Shown here piece after piece: positions 8,733-17,780 of a stretch of DNA of 29,563 nucleotides. Numbering within the stretch: position 1 is the stretch's first letter; the number at the start of each line of letters is the position of its first letter. Under the pieces are notes generated by a model. The model had not been told where the DNA came from and searched no databases. It worked only from the letters and a program-made list of their open reading frames with translations. The DNA is taken from contig CAZUBM010000018.1 of assembly GCA_964618805.1 (NCBI GenBank), positions 13,806 through 43,368 on the forward strand, given 5' to 3'. Source of the stretch: an uncultured Nitrososphaerota archaeon (lineage in GTDB: Archaea; Korarchaeota; Korarchaeia; Korarchaeales; Korarchaeaceae). A program made the translations under genes and the position numbers.

Positions 8733-9305
8733 ATGGGATTGGTAAACCTATCTCTTATAGTTATAGCAGCCCTTTCTCTCGGATTTTTAACAAAGCTTGT
8801 TGACTTAGAAGTCGATAATGACATAGATTTACGGGGAATGGGCTGTCTGCTTGCACTATTTTACGGACTAATCATGGTATATACCATAAGAAATGTAGTA
8901 ATTCTCTCCTCACTCATCCTTGCTGTCATAATTGCAGTTATAGCGACGGGAAAGATCGACAGCTTTTCACATGGCATAGGGGTTGGAACTGCTCTAGCAG
9001 GAACGTTAATTCTGGGAATTCCTCCAGTAAATTGGCCTTTGTTTATGTTTTTCCTCATAACAGCTCTTTTAGACGAGATTGCAAGCGATTTAGCAGATTC
9101 AGGAAAGCTAACTGGTTTCCTTGGTAAGTTCTTCAAAATGAGACCGTTTCTGGAGCTTACCACCTTGCTCTTTTCCTTATATACTTATTATTTCGAATTT
9201 TGGGTATTCATATTCATATACGATGTCTCATATCAGCTAACTCGTTTGTTTGTCCTGCATGGTAGAAAACTGAGGGATTGGGATGTCGAGAATAGATCTG
9301 GCTGA
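8733..9305 (+). CDS. Uncharacterised integral membrane protein
   Basis: About six hydrophobic segments with polar motifs (KLVD, GKIDSFSH, LDE, RPFLE, YD); starts 4 bp after the dys stop. Confidence 0.8.
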   Translation: MGLVNLSLIVIAALSLGFLTKLVDLEVDNDIDLRGMGCLLALFYGLIMVYTIRNVVILSSLILAVIIAVIATGKIDSFSHGIGVGTALAGTLILGIPPVNWPLFMFFLITALLDEIASDLADSGKLTGFLGKFFKMRPFLELTTLLFSLYTYYFEFWVFIFIYDVSYQLTRLFVLHGRKLRDWDVENRSG

Positions 9306-9732
9306 TAGAGTAATTGTAAACCTGGCTTTTCAGCCTGAAGAAAAAGTTTTGAGGGCAGAGTCAGGTGTTATCATGATTTTCAGGGGGAAAATTGAGAGAA
9401 CTCCTCAAAGACCTGTGGGGATCTCTACAGGGTTTGAGGGATGGACGATCGAGCCAAATGGAGCTCTAATTTTAACGAATAGGAGGATATTTTTTGCAAA
9501 AGAGGGAAGGAAATATCTTCTACTAAGAGTTCCAAAGATCCTCCTTGAAACTCCAATATCGATGATCTACTCGGTTGGTATAGCGGAAGGTCGCGTAAGG
9601 GAGCTTGTAATAGCCCTAGAAACTGGGACTTGGCGAAAGAACAGGTTCTACTTTAGGGTAAGAGATCCAGATAGCTGGGCCAGAATCATAACTGAACTCA
9701 TCTCATCGCGGATCAAAAACGAAAGAAAGTAA
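9283..9732 (+). CDS. PH-fold (bPH/GRAM/GLUE-like) domain protein
   Basis: FQPEEKVL...NGALILTNRRIFF strand pattern and a C-terminal helix DPDSWARII, typical of PH-like folds; overlaps the upstream gene. Confidence 0.65.
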   Translation: MSRIDLADRVIVNLAFQPEEKVLRAESGVIMIFRGKIERTPQRPVGISTGFEGWTIEPNGALILTNRRIFFAKEGRKYLLLRVPKILLETPISMIYSVGIAEGRVRELVIALETGTWRKNRFYFRVRDPDSWARIITELISSRIKNERK

Positions 9733-9875
9733 AGGAAGCTTATTTTGGCTATACAGCTTTTTTAATGGAAGAAGGGTTCAAGTATGCCAAAGCGCCATTC
9801 TAAAGTTAACCAACAGATAGTTGAGTTCGATGCAAAATATTATTTAGATTTTAACGTTAACATTCTAGGTCGATT

Positions 9876-10352
9876 ATGGAGGAATTAAGAAAGATTTTGT
9901 CGGATTTAAAATCAGTGGATGGGGTGACTGGAATCATACTGATTTCTCCAGAGGGTCTACCGATGGTTAGCGAACTTCCTGAAGCTGTAGATCCAGATCT
10001 TTTTAGCGCAACAGCTGTAACAGTTTATGCAGCCTGCGAGAAGACTATTATGGGGATAGATTTTGGAAAGCCTTCAATGATCTCGATAGAGGCTAATGAA
10101 GGCAAGATCTTCCTAGTAAATTGCGGTGAGGGAATCCTAGGTGTTCTATCAGACAACAGGGTTAACTTAGGGCTTTTAAGGATCATGTTAAACAAGACAT
10201 CAAAGAAAGTAATGGATATGTTAAGTGGCGTTCTTGGAGAGAGACCAAAAGAAGAACTGAGTGAAGAAGAGACGTCAAGGGAAGAGGAAGAAGGAGAAGA
10301 AGGAGAAAGAGAAGGTTATCAGCCTACAGAATATGGGCCCGCAGGCTTCTAA
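9876..10352 (+). CDS. Roadblock/LC7 (MglB-like) protein with acidic C-terminal tail
   Basis: DGVTGIILISPEGLPMVS...FSATA...NLGLLR roadblock pattern; Glu-rich tail. Confidence 0.88.
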   Translation: MEELRKILSDLKSVDGVTGIILISPEGLPMVSELPEAVDPDLFSATAVTVYAACEKTIMGIDFGKPSMISIEANEGKIFLVNCGEGILGVLSDNRVNLGLLRIMLNKTSKKVMDMLSGVLGERPKEELSEEETSREEEEGEEGEREGYQPTEYGPAGF

Positions 10353-10369
10353 AAGGCTTGAACCCTACG

Positions 10370-11138
10370 CTAGGTTAGATCCCCACAAGCACACCAGACC
10401 TCATTAATAGTATTAAATAGGCTGTCAAATCCTATAGCTTGAGTTGCTGATGTCGGAATTACTCTTATAGGAGAGCTAAAGGTTGCTAAAGCCCGAGACA
10501 ATTCTATTAATAGTTCTGATAAAGCTCCGAACTTCTTCTCAGCAAAAGAAAAGGATTTTTCTATATCTCCTCTAAGAATTGCCTCCCAAGCTTCCCTAAC
10601 TGAAAGATCCTTCCACAAATCTAGTTTGTTAACTGCTGGAACCATTGGAATTCCTAGCTTTAACTCAACTATCTTAGACATGAAAGCAGTAGTAATTGAA
10701 TCGATAGGCTCTTTTCCAGGCTCATGATCCCCTAGGAATACCCAGCCAGGCTCATAACATTTCTTAATTCCTCAACTATTTTCCTTCCAGCCCACCTTAA
10801 GGCGAAGACTTCCATTTGGCCAGGAGTGTCGATTACGAGGTAATCAAACTCAAATTTCAAAATCCTATCAATAAGCTCGTCAACTCTCTCAGCAAGAATC
10901 TCTGTTGCCCTTATTAGAGCACCATTTGGCCCAAGACATTATTAGAAGACATCAATTTTTCGACTCTAACGATTTCCCTCGCGTCAAAAATTGCTCGATA
11001 GGGTAGATTGATCACCCTAGGATCCAGATTTACGGCATAGACCCTAGCATTTAGCTCTCTTTTGAGCCACCTCACATAATTTTTTGTAAGCGTAGTTTTC
11101 CCTGATCCTGCAATCCCAGTTATTAATAGCCCCTGCAT
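10370..11138 (-). pseudogene. GPN-loop GTPase (PAB0955 family), two frameshifts
   Basis: GIAGSGKTT and VNLDP; shift near 10940 gives LGPNGAL...DTPGQME; shift near 10741 gives ...VNKLD...TSA...CACGDLT. All motifs are present once the frames are joined. Confidence 0.88.
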
Positions 11139-11192
11139 TATAACCTACCTATTAGATGACGTTAAAAACTATTACTCAACCAAATAAGCCGA

Positions 11193-12305
11193 TCAGATTA
11201 TATACTTGAGGACAAAACACCTTAAGTTTCCGTAAAGGACTTCTCTCTTCTCAACAGGCTTCAGTTGAAAAATCTCCTCAAACCAATTGTTTCCAACGAT
11301 AAGAACCATCGTGGTTCCTTCAAGTTCTTTTATGCGTTGAGAGAGACCCCTATAAAGCTTCAAGGTGGCCTTTTTATTCGCAATTCTCAACCCATAAGGA
11401 GGATTTGTGACGATAAACTCTGGCTTCGGCTTGTAGTCCCATCTCGTTGCATCTCCCTGTACAATGCTTATAGTATCTGGAACACCAGCACTCTTAGCGT
11501 TCTTGATGGCTCCTTGGACGTGTTTCCTGTATTTCTCAATTCCCCATATCTCATATCTATTATTGTTCACCTTTGCTGCTGCTAGTTCTTTTACTTCAGA
11601 AAAAAGAGAAGGATCCAAGAAACGAAGTTTTTCAAAAGCAAAGACCTTTCTAAAGCTGCCTGGAGGTACGTTTCTGGCCATCAAGGCGGCTTCTATCAGA
11701 ATAGTTCCTCCACCACACATAGGATCTATCAGAGATCTTTCAGGCATCCAACCGGAAAGTCTCAAAAGACAACAGGCCATGTTCGGCTTTATGGGTGCAG
11801 GATGCTGGTACACCCTATATCCTCTCTTTGAAAGAGCCTCACCTGACGTATTAATTCCTAAGATTATCTCATCGTCCCTGACAAGGGCTTGAACCTCTAT
11901 TTCAGGATTCTCTAGATCAACCTTCAGCATAAATCCCTTCTCATCCAAATAGGAATCTATTATTGCCTGGCCCACCATCTTCGCAACATCTATGCTGGTG
12001 AAGTAATGGGCACCGTGCCTAGTTGCCCTTACAGCAAAAGTTTGGTCCGGTTCTATGTAATCTGAAAAGCTTATACTTCTAGAAAGGGAATAAATCTCAT
12101 CTAGATTGTTAAACTTCTCTCTTAGAAGCATGATAAAGATTCTATTTGCACACCTGGAGAGATAATTGAGTTTCGGTATCAGTTCAAGATCTCCCTTAAA
12201 GAACACTTTATTAACGTCAACTTCACATTTCACGCCTGCAAGCTCCTCTATCTCCCTAGCAACGACGTCTTCTAGGCCTAAAGTTGCAGTAGCATAGAAA
12301 TACAT
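11193..12305 (-). CDS. trm14: THUMP-domain tRNA (guanine(6)-N2)-methyltransferase Trm14/TrmN
   Basis: GLEDVVAREI, THUMP region (TFAVRATR.G.H.FTS), KRGYRVYQHPAP, DPMCGGGTILIEAA and NPPYG. Confidence 0.88.
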   Translation of the reverse strand: MYFYATATLGLEDVVAREIEELAGVKCEVDVNKVFFKGDLELIPKLNYLSRCANRIFIMLLREKFNNLDEIYSLSRSISFSDYIEPDQTFAVRATRHGAHYFTSIDVAKMVGQAIIDSYLDEKGFMLKVDLENPEIEVQALVRDDEIILGINTSGEALSKRGYRVYQHPAPIKPNMACCLLRLSGWMPERSLIDPMCGGGTILIEAALMARNVPPGSFRKVFAFEKLRFLDPSLFSEVKELAAAKVNNNRYEIWGIEKYRKHVQGAIKNAKSAGVPDTISIVQGDATRWDYKPKPEFIVTNPPYGLRIANKKATLKLYRGLSQRIKELEGTTMVLIVGNNWFEEIFQLKPVEKREVLYGNLRCFVLKYII

Positions 12306-12410
12306 TCTCTCATTTAAATAATCAAAGAGCTGATAAAAGTTAATAAATGGGGAAGTCTTTTCTTCCTAATGTAGGAATAGGTGAGATAAGAACAGGTTAA
12401 CTTACTTTTT

Positions 12411-12433
12411 AGACGCGTGCAATGCACGCGTCT
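12411..12433. repeat. Perfect 23-bp palindrome AGACGCGTGCA-A-TGCACGCGTCT
   Basis: 11-bp arms with a 1-nt centre; GC-rich within an AT-rich divergent intergenic region. Confidence 0.8.
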
Positions 12434-12505
12434 TTGCCAATAAACTTTGCTCTGTCAAAATTGTACAAAATTCTCTTATCTCATTAATTTTTCGGGGTGA
12501 TAAGA

Positions 12506-13279
12506 ATGAGAATAAAAGAGGGCGTTATAATCGCAGCCGGATTGGGAAAGCGATTAGGTTTAGGAATTCCGAAAGCTCTTGTAAGAGTGGCTGGTACCCC
12601 ACTACTTTCTTGGACGCTTTGGACTTTTAAGAAACTTGGGATAAGGAAAGCCTTTGTAGTGATCGGATATAAGGCCCACAAGATTATGTCCTTCTTCTCA
12701 CACCATAGAAGTACACATGGAGTAGATGTGGAGTTCATTTACAATCCATATTACAAGAGGGGAAACGGACTTTCTGTTTTGAAAGCAGAGGACTATGTTA
12801 GCAATAGATTTCTGTTATCCGTTGTCGACCATATATTTGATCCTAGGAGTCTTAAGGATCTGCCAAATGTCGATGGCGGAGACTTGGTGATAGCTGTTGA
12901 CTCAAAACCCAAGCATATAGATCCTCAAGAAGCAACGAAGGTCAGACTTGTTGGAAGAAGGGTTGTAGCCATAGGAAAAAGAATTTGGCCCTACAACGCA
13001 GTGGATTGCGGGATATTTGCATGTACATCGGCAATCTTCCCCGCGATAGCTGAAGCCATCGAACTAGGATTAGAGGAATGGAATGATGCAAAACAGATTC
13101 TTGCAGAGAGGAAAAAGGTAATATCCCTTGATATCAAAGGATCCTTCTGGCTGGATGTAGACGTTCCTGCAGATTTGAAGCGAGCACGAAGGCTTGTTAG
13201 AAGACCTATAGGCGTGATTCCCGTTCCAAAGTATGCCACAATAGAGGAACCTGTAGAAGAAATGGAAAGAATTCATTAG
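12506..13279 (+). CDS. NTP transferase, IPCT-like (inositol-1-phosphate/choline-phosphate cytidylyltransferase, COG1213)
   Basis: IIAAGLGKRL, PKAL, GNGLS, DHIFD, EATKV, YNAVDCGIF and FWLDVD motifs; no fused CDP-alcohol phosphatidyltransferase domain. Confidence 0.82.
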   Translation: MRIKEGVIIAAGLGKRLGLGIPKALVRVAGTPLLSWTLWTFKKLGIRKAFVVIGYKAHKIMSFFSHHRSTHGVDVEFIYNPYYKRGNGLSVLKAEDYVSNRFLLSVVDHIFDPRSLKDLPNVDGGDLVIAVDSKPKHIDPQEATKVRLVGRRVVAIGKRIWPYNAVDCGIFACTSAIFPAIAEAIELGLEEWNDAKQILAERKKVISLDIKGSFWLDVDVPADLKRARRLVRRPIGVIPVPKYATIEEPVEEMERIH

Positions 13280-13290
13280 ATCCTTATAAC

Positions 13291-13309
13291 CTCTTTTTTC
13301 TTCTTTCTT
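13291..13309 (+). terminator. Pyrimidine/oligo-T tract, probable archaeal terminator
   Basis: CTCTTTTTTCTTCTTTCTT about 12 bp after the stop at 13279. Confidence 0.5.
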
Positions 13310-13396
13310 AGTATCTAACGGGAGATAGAGTTCTTATCTCGTTTAATATGATATTTGAAAATATAAGGAAGCAGGAAATAATCAAAGAGCCGCTTT

Positions 13397-13447
13397 TTAT
13401 CACAAGCCAATGTGATAATAGAGATATCTTATAGCCTTATTTAAATA
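13397..13447 (+). promoter_or_regulatory. Operator-like inverted repeat TTATCACA-N6-TGTGATAA plus TATA box
   Basis: Perfect 8-bp arms at 13397-13404 and 13411-13418; TTTAAATA at 13440-13447, 23-30 bp before ATG 13470. Confidence 0.6.
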
Positions 13448-13469
13448 AACTAGGAAATGACTGTCTATA

Positions 13470-14828
13470 ATGAATAATAATGCCTCTCTACTTGGTAGAC
13501 TGCCACCGGAATTGGAAAAATTCTTAAAAGAGGACTCTGTGACTCTCCTTATAAAAGGAGCACCTGGAACAGGTAAAACTACCCTAGCATTAGAGATATT
13601 GAGAGCCATGTCTGGGAAGGAAGAGAGCACCTATCTTTCAACAAGACTATCGTTAGAAAAGATCGAAAAGCAATTTCCATGGATAGAAGAAGAGCTATCG
13701 GTAGAAAAGCTTGGTTTTAAACTCTTAAGCGATATAAGGTTGAGCACTGCTGAATTTTTATCACGACGCTAGGTAAGATAATTCAAAAAACAGATGGATA
13801 CATTGTTTTGGACTCTTGGGATGCAATAGCAAATGAACTTGACCCTAAACAGAGGTTAAAAGTGGAGAAAGCATTAATAAGCATGATTGACACTTCTGAG
13901 GCTAGGCTAATTTTCATAAGCGAGGAATTTGGTCAGCAGCCTTTAGAGTACATGGCAGAAGGGGTTGTTACACTTCGTCATCTCTGGGTCTTTGGAGGAG
14001 GAATGGGCAGCACATATCCTCCGTTAGTTAGGAGGAGAAGTGCAAGAGAGATCGAACTCGAGAAGCTAAGAGGAACCCCTATCTATCAGAGAACATATCT
14101 ATTCACGCTTTGTAAAGGAAGATTCACGTGCTTTTTACCCTATCGACCTGAGACGTAGCTCCATGAAAGCTGTTCCAGATCTAGATGACTGGCATATATC
14201 GACCGGAATTCCAGGACTGGACGAGATTAGCAAGGGTCTACCGAGGAAGAGATTCTTATTGCTTGAAATTTCCAGAAGAGTTGGACTTCGCTTTTATCCA
14301 TTGCTATTTACAATAGTACAGAATACGATTATCTCAGGCAGAGGAGCAATAATGCTTTCAAGCTTTCTTCCCCCTCCAGAGTTCAGAAAAAGCATCAAGC
14401 CTTTGGAGATAGGAATGAATGCAAGATCGGTTAAAAAGAGATTCGGAGAGTTCAAAACGATCTTTTTGGGACAAACTTATGAGGAGACTGCAATAAATTA
14501 TACACGGGAGTATGAACGCCTAAGACACCAACATAAAGAAGTGATAGAGTTTATAGATCTCAATGCAATAGAGAGCAAATTTGGAGCTAGGGAAACCATC
14601 TCTTTTTTATCAGATGCGGCTACCAGAGCATTCGAGTACAATATGCCTGCAGTCCTTCTTGCTAGAGAAGGCATGACTAGTTTAGAACTAATCTCTAGGC
14701 TTGTTGCAACGCATCTTGTAATAGATGATCTGAATGGAGCTCTTGTGCTTTTTGGCATCTCACCAAGGAGCGGATTATATGGTGTTATCAAGGAAGAAGG
14801 TCAGCATCTTTTGATCGACTTAATGTAA
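13470..14828 (+). pseudogene. GvpD/KaiC-like double-domain P-loop ATPase, two frameshifts
   Basis: LLIKGAPGTGKTTLALE and YLSTR; shift near 13764 gives TLGKII...IVLDSWDAI, EGVVTL, EKLRG, YLFTL; shift near 14150 gives the second domain ISTGIPGLDE...LLLEI with a degenerate Walker A. Confidence 0.82.
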
Positions 14829-15075
14829 GCTTTTTGAGCGTAGGACTAGGATCAAAGTCTAAAGGAATTCCCGCAACGCTGTAAGGCTCATCTAAATAAA
14901 TATGTTTGGAAAATGGTATACGAGAATAAGCGTAACTTACGCACGAAAACACAGGATTCTTTTAAAAATTATAAGATATACTGTCTTTTCTCCTTTTTAC
15001 AAAAGCTGAGCGGTTTGTTATGTCCCTTGACTTAGAATTGGATAGAGAGGTGCAGTGGATGTTAGAAGCAAGCTT

Positions 15076-15870
15076 TCACATTATTTTCAGGTGGAACTCG
15101 CAGAATGGAGATTGTAAGGCAATGCACTTGTGTTCAGTTACTTCAACTATCTTTCTAAGCGCAAGCGTCATGTAACCAGCCAAGATTCCTCTTACATACT
15201 GACTGGCAGGCTTTTCAACGCAGCCTTTCATTACCTCACATTCCCACAGGTCGTGGAACCTTATTATTATTGAGCGCTCGGACATTCGAACGATTTCTGA
15301 TCTGCCCCACCCGGCTCCTAGGAAAAATGCCTGTAGGAGCTCTAAGGCCTCTCTACCGGTTATATCGGGGATCCTAGCTGCATACACAGTAAACAATCTG
15401 GTTCCTACCATGTATCCGCTGTGATATAGGAGGGATTCTATTGCTCCCGGGTTGAATACCTTTCTGGCTTCCCCAAATAACACTGAAAGACTTGCTAATC
15501 CAAACAATATGACTCTGCTATCGCTGAATACTAAAGGGAAGAAGTGTTCATCAACTATAACACTTCCTTTTGCCTTTGGTGAAATCAGCTGTACATCAAT
15601 CACTCCAGGAGTGTTCTTTAAGTCGTTCAGAAAATCTGTGGGACTTACTGTCTTACCATAGAAATCTACAGCGAGAAAGATGCTGGCAGACTCTGCATTG
15701 GGACTACTTATTGATGGAATAAAGCTGACTATGTTAACTCCTTTCTTAAAAGCCGCTTGTGATATGCTAGCCGCAACACCGGGGGCATTTTCAACCCTCA
15801 GGTGAAACCCATACACACCCTTCGCTATTATCATGTTTCCAAGAATTAATTCGTCCAGCTCGTGGATCAT
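15076..15870 (-). CDS. ACT + V4R domain protein (small-molecule sensor)
   Basis: ENAPGVAASIS...GVNIV ACT motif; LLYHSG, AGWGR, WEC, RGILAG and EHKCIALQSPFCEF V4R motifs. Confidence 0.88.
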   Translation of the reverse strand: MIHELDELILGNMIIAKGVYGFHLRVENAPGVAASISQAAFKKGVNIVSFIPSISSPNAESASIFLAVDFYGKTVSPTDFLNDLKNTPGVIDVQLISPKAKGSVIVDEHFFPLVFSDSRVILFGLASLSVLFGEARKVFNPGAIESLLYHSGYMVGTRLFTVYAARIPDITGREALELLQAFFLGAGWGRSEIVRMSERSIIIRFHDLWECEVMKGCVEKPASQYVRGILAGYMTLALRKIVEVTEHKCIALQSPFCEFHLKIM

Positions 15871-16073
15871 CGCTACAATCTCCTGCTGAAGGTTTTAATT
15901 CTTTTTGAACCTTTCTATTAATATGTCTGCTCATTAAGAGATCTCTCCTCTATAGGTACTTACATCTAAGGGAAGAAGAAAAGTTCGGACTGAATGACCA
16001 TATTAAAATTGAGTTCCCTAGCATTTATCAGAGATATCATCCTGCCAAGAATAAATAGAGAGCCATTAAGGGA

Positions 16074-16637
16074 ATGAAGCTTATGAGAAAATATGATGTA
16101 CTGGCGATTTTACTTTCACCAACAGTCATGGCGCTTGTGACAGTTCTTGCCGTGTTGAAAGGAAATAGCAACATCAATGATTGGTTAGTTGCTCTATTTA
16201 GTATTGTAATAGGGCCAGTTCTGCCCGTTATACTGCTTGCAGCTATGAAAAGAACCGATTTAAATGTAACCGATCAAGCCAGGAGGACGCCCCTTCTAAT
16301 GCTAGCTATTTTTAGCTATTTTCTTGGGTTTACTTTCTTTCATTCAAAGCACTTTTGGATTATGGAATTTGTAACTTTATCGTATGGAATCGTTACTTTA
16401 GGAGTTGCTATAATTAACGCCTTTTATATGAAAGGGAGCGTTCACAGGGCCGGAATCGTTGGACCTGGCACGATATTACTCCTTCTTGGGTTAAAGGAGG
16501 GGATATATATGCTCTTGTTAACGCCATTAGTGGCTAGTATTAGGCTTAGAGTTAAAGCCCATGATGAGCTAGAGATACTGGCTGGGGGAATAATAGCCTT
16601 AGTTCTTACGCTCTTTGCCTACTACATCTGCACTTAA
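16074..16637 (+). CDS. PAP2-superfamily-like membrane protein
   Basis: Multi-TM; KGSVH and SIRLRVKAHDELEILAG resemble PAP2 motifs C2 and C3. Confidence 0.65.
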   Translation: MKLMRKYDVLAILLSPTVMALVTVLAVLKGNSNINDWLVALFSIVIGPVLPVILLAAMKRTDLNVTDQARRTPLLMLAIFSYFLGFTFFHSKHFWIMEFVTLSYGIVTLGVAIINAFYMKGSVHRAGIVGPGTILLLLGLKEGIYMLLLTPLVASIRLRVKAHDELEILAGGIIALVLTLFAYYICT

Positions 16638-16691
16638 TCAAGAGTGATGGCCAATGTCTATATGTTAAGATGCTCTTTTCAATATCCAAGC

Positions 16692-16716
16692 TGCTTATAC
16701 AAAATGAGTATAAGCA
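16692..16716. repeat. Inverted repeat TGCTTATAC-N7-GTATAAGCA
   Basis: Perfect 9-bp arms, nested inside an imperfect outer pair (16644-16653 and 16728-16737). Confidence 0.6.
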
Positions 16717-16807
16717 AGACTTGTTAATGCCCATCATTACAGCAAGTGGTTGAATAGCGGAACTCAGAATTGATAAGCATCAGGCAGCATCAAAATAAGA
16801 GGTATAA

Positions 16808-17752
16808 ATGAGAGAGGTAAAATTTGGTTGGAGGATTCCAAGTTTCCCGGTTAACGGAAGTAGGACTAAAGACTTCGTTGATCAGATATTCAGAAATCTG
16901 AGAGAAATTGAGGAAGACTTTGATTCAGCATGGATATCCGATCATTTTATACCTTGGGCAGGTTTTGTATCTCCAAAAACAGATACTCTAGAATGCTGGA
17001 CAACTCTATGCTATTTAGCTGGGTTATTCAAAAAGCTTGACTTCGGAACAATCGTACTGTGCAACTCCTACCGTAATCCTGCTTTATTGGCTAAAATGGG
17101 TGCCACTCTTCAAGTTCTATCAAACGGTAGGTTCATCCTAGGCATTGGGGCTGGGTGGAAGGAAGACGAATATCGTGCTTATGGTTACGAATTTCCTACG
17201 GCCGTGACTAGAATTAAGCAGCTTGAGGAAGCAGTTCAGATAATTAGGAGGATGTGGAACGAGGACATTGTGACGTTCGAAGGTAAATACTACAGGATTG
17301 AAGGCGCATACTGCGAGCCAAAGCCAAGACCTCCTCCACCAATAATGATAGGAGGTGGAGGAGAGAAGCTAACTCTAAGGATCGTGGCTCTATATGCTGA
17401 CTGGTGGAACATCCCAAATAAAACTCCAGAGGTATATCAGCACAAGCTAAGGGTGCTTAAAGATCATTGTTCTAGAGTGGGGAGGGATTATGATGAAATT
17501 AAGAAGACATGGGTTGGATGTGCGGCTATCGCTAAGAACAAAAATGAAGCAATTAGAATGGCCAAAAATAGTCTATTCGCAAAGGTAATAGGCTTAGAGG
17601 AGATGATCATTGGTTCGCCAGAACAGGCTACGAGTAAATTAAAAGAATACATTGACATGGGGGTTGAATACATAATTCTTAGATTTCTCGATTTTCCAAG
17701 CTCGCTAGGTGCTAAATTATTTGTTGAAGAGGTCATGCCCAAACTCATATAG
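16808..17752 (+). CDS. LLM-class (luciferase-like), probably F420-dependent, oxidoreductase
   Basis: WISDHF, LECWTTL, YRNPALLAKMGATLQVLSNGRFILGIGAGW and PPIMIGGGGEK motifs. Confidence 0.92.
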   Translation: MREVKFGWRIPSFPVNGSRTKDFVDQIFRNLREIEEDFDSAWISDHFIPWAGFVSPKTDTLECWTTLCYLAGLFKKLDFGTIVLCNSYRNPALLAKMGATLQVLSNGRFILGIGAGWKEDEYRAYGYEFPTAVTRIKQLEEAVQIIRRMWNEDIVTFEGKYYRIEGAYCEPKPRPPPPIMIGGGGEKLTLRIVALYADWWNIPNKTPEVYQHKLRVLKDHCSRVGRDYDEIKKTWVGCAAIAKNKNEAIRMAKNSLFAKVIGLEEMIIGSPEQATSKLKEYIDMGVEYIILRFLDFPSSLGAKLFVEEVMPKLI

Positions 17753-17780
17753 AAATGCTATTGGTATTCAAGCTGCCTTC

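Noticed and set aside
13470-14828. Gas vesicle cluster or circadian clock
   Set aside because: No gvpA/structural gvp genes and no kaiA/kaiB in the window; only the ATPase family is shared.
14829-15075. Short inverted repeats in the convergent gap (TGAGC...GCTCA; GCGTAA-C-TTACGC)
   Set aside because: Arms of 5-6 bp are expected by chance; no recognisable RNA family or ORF.
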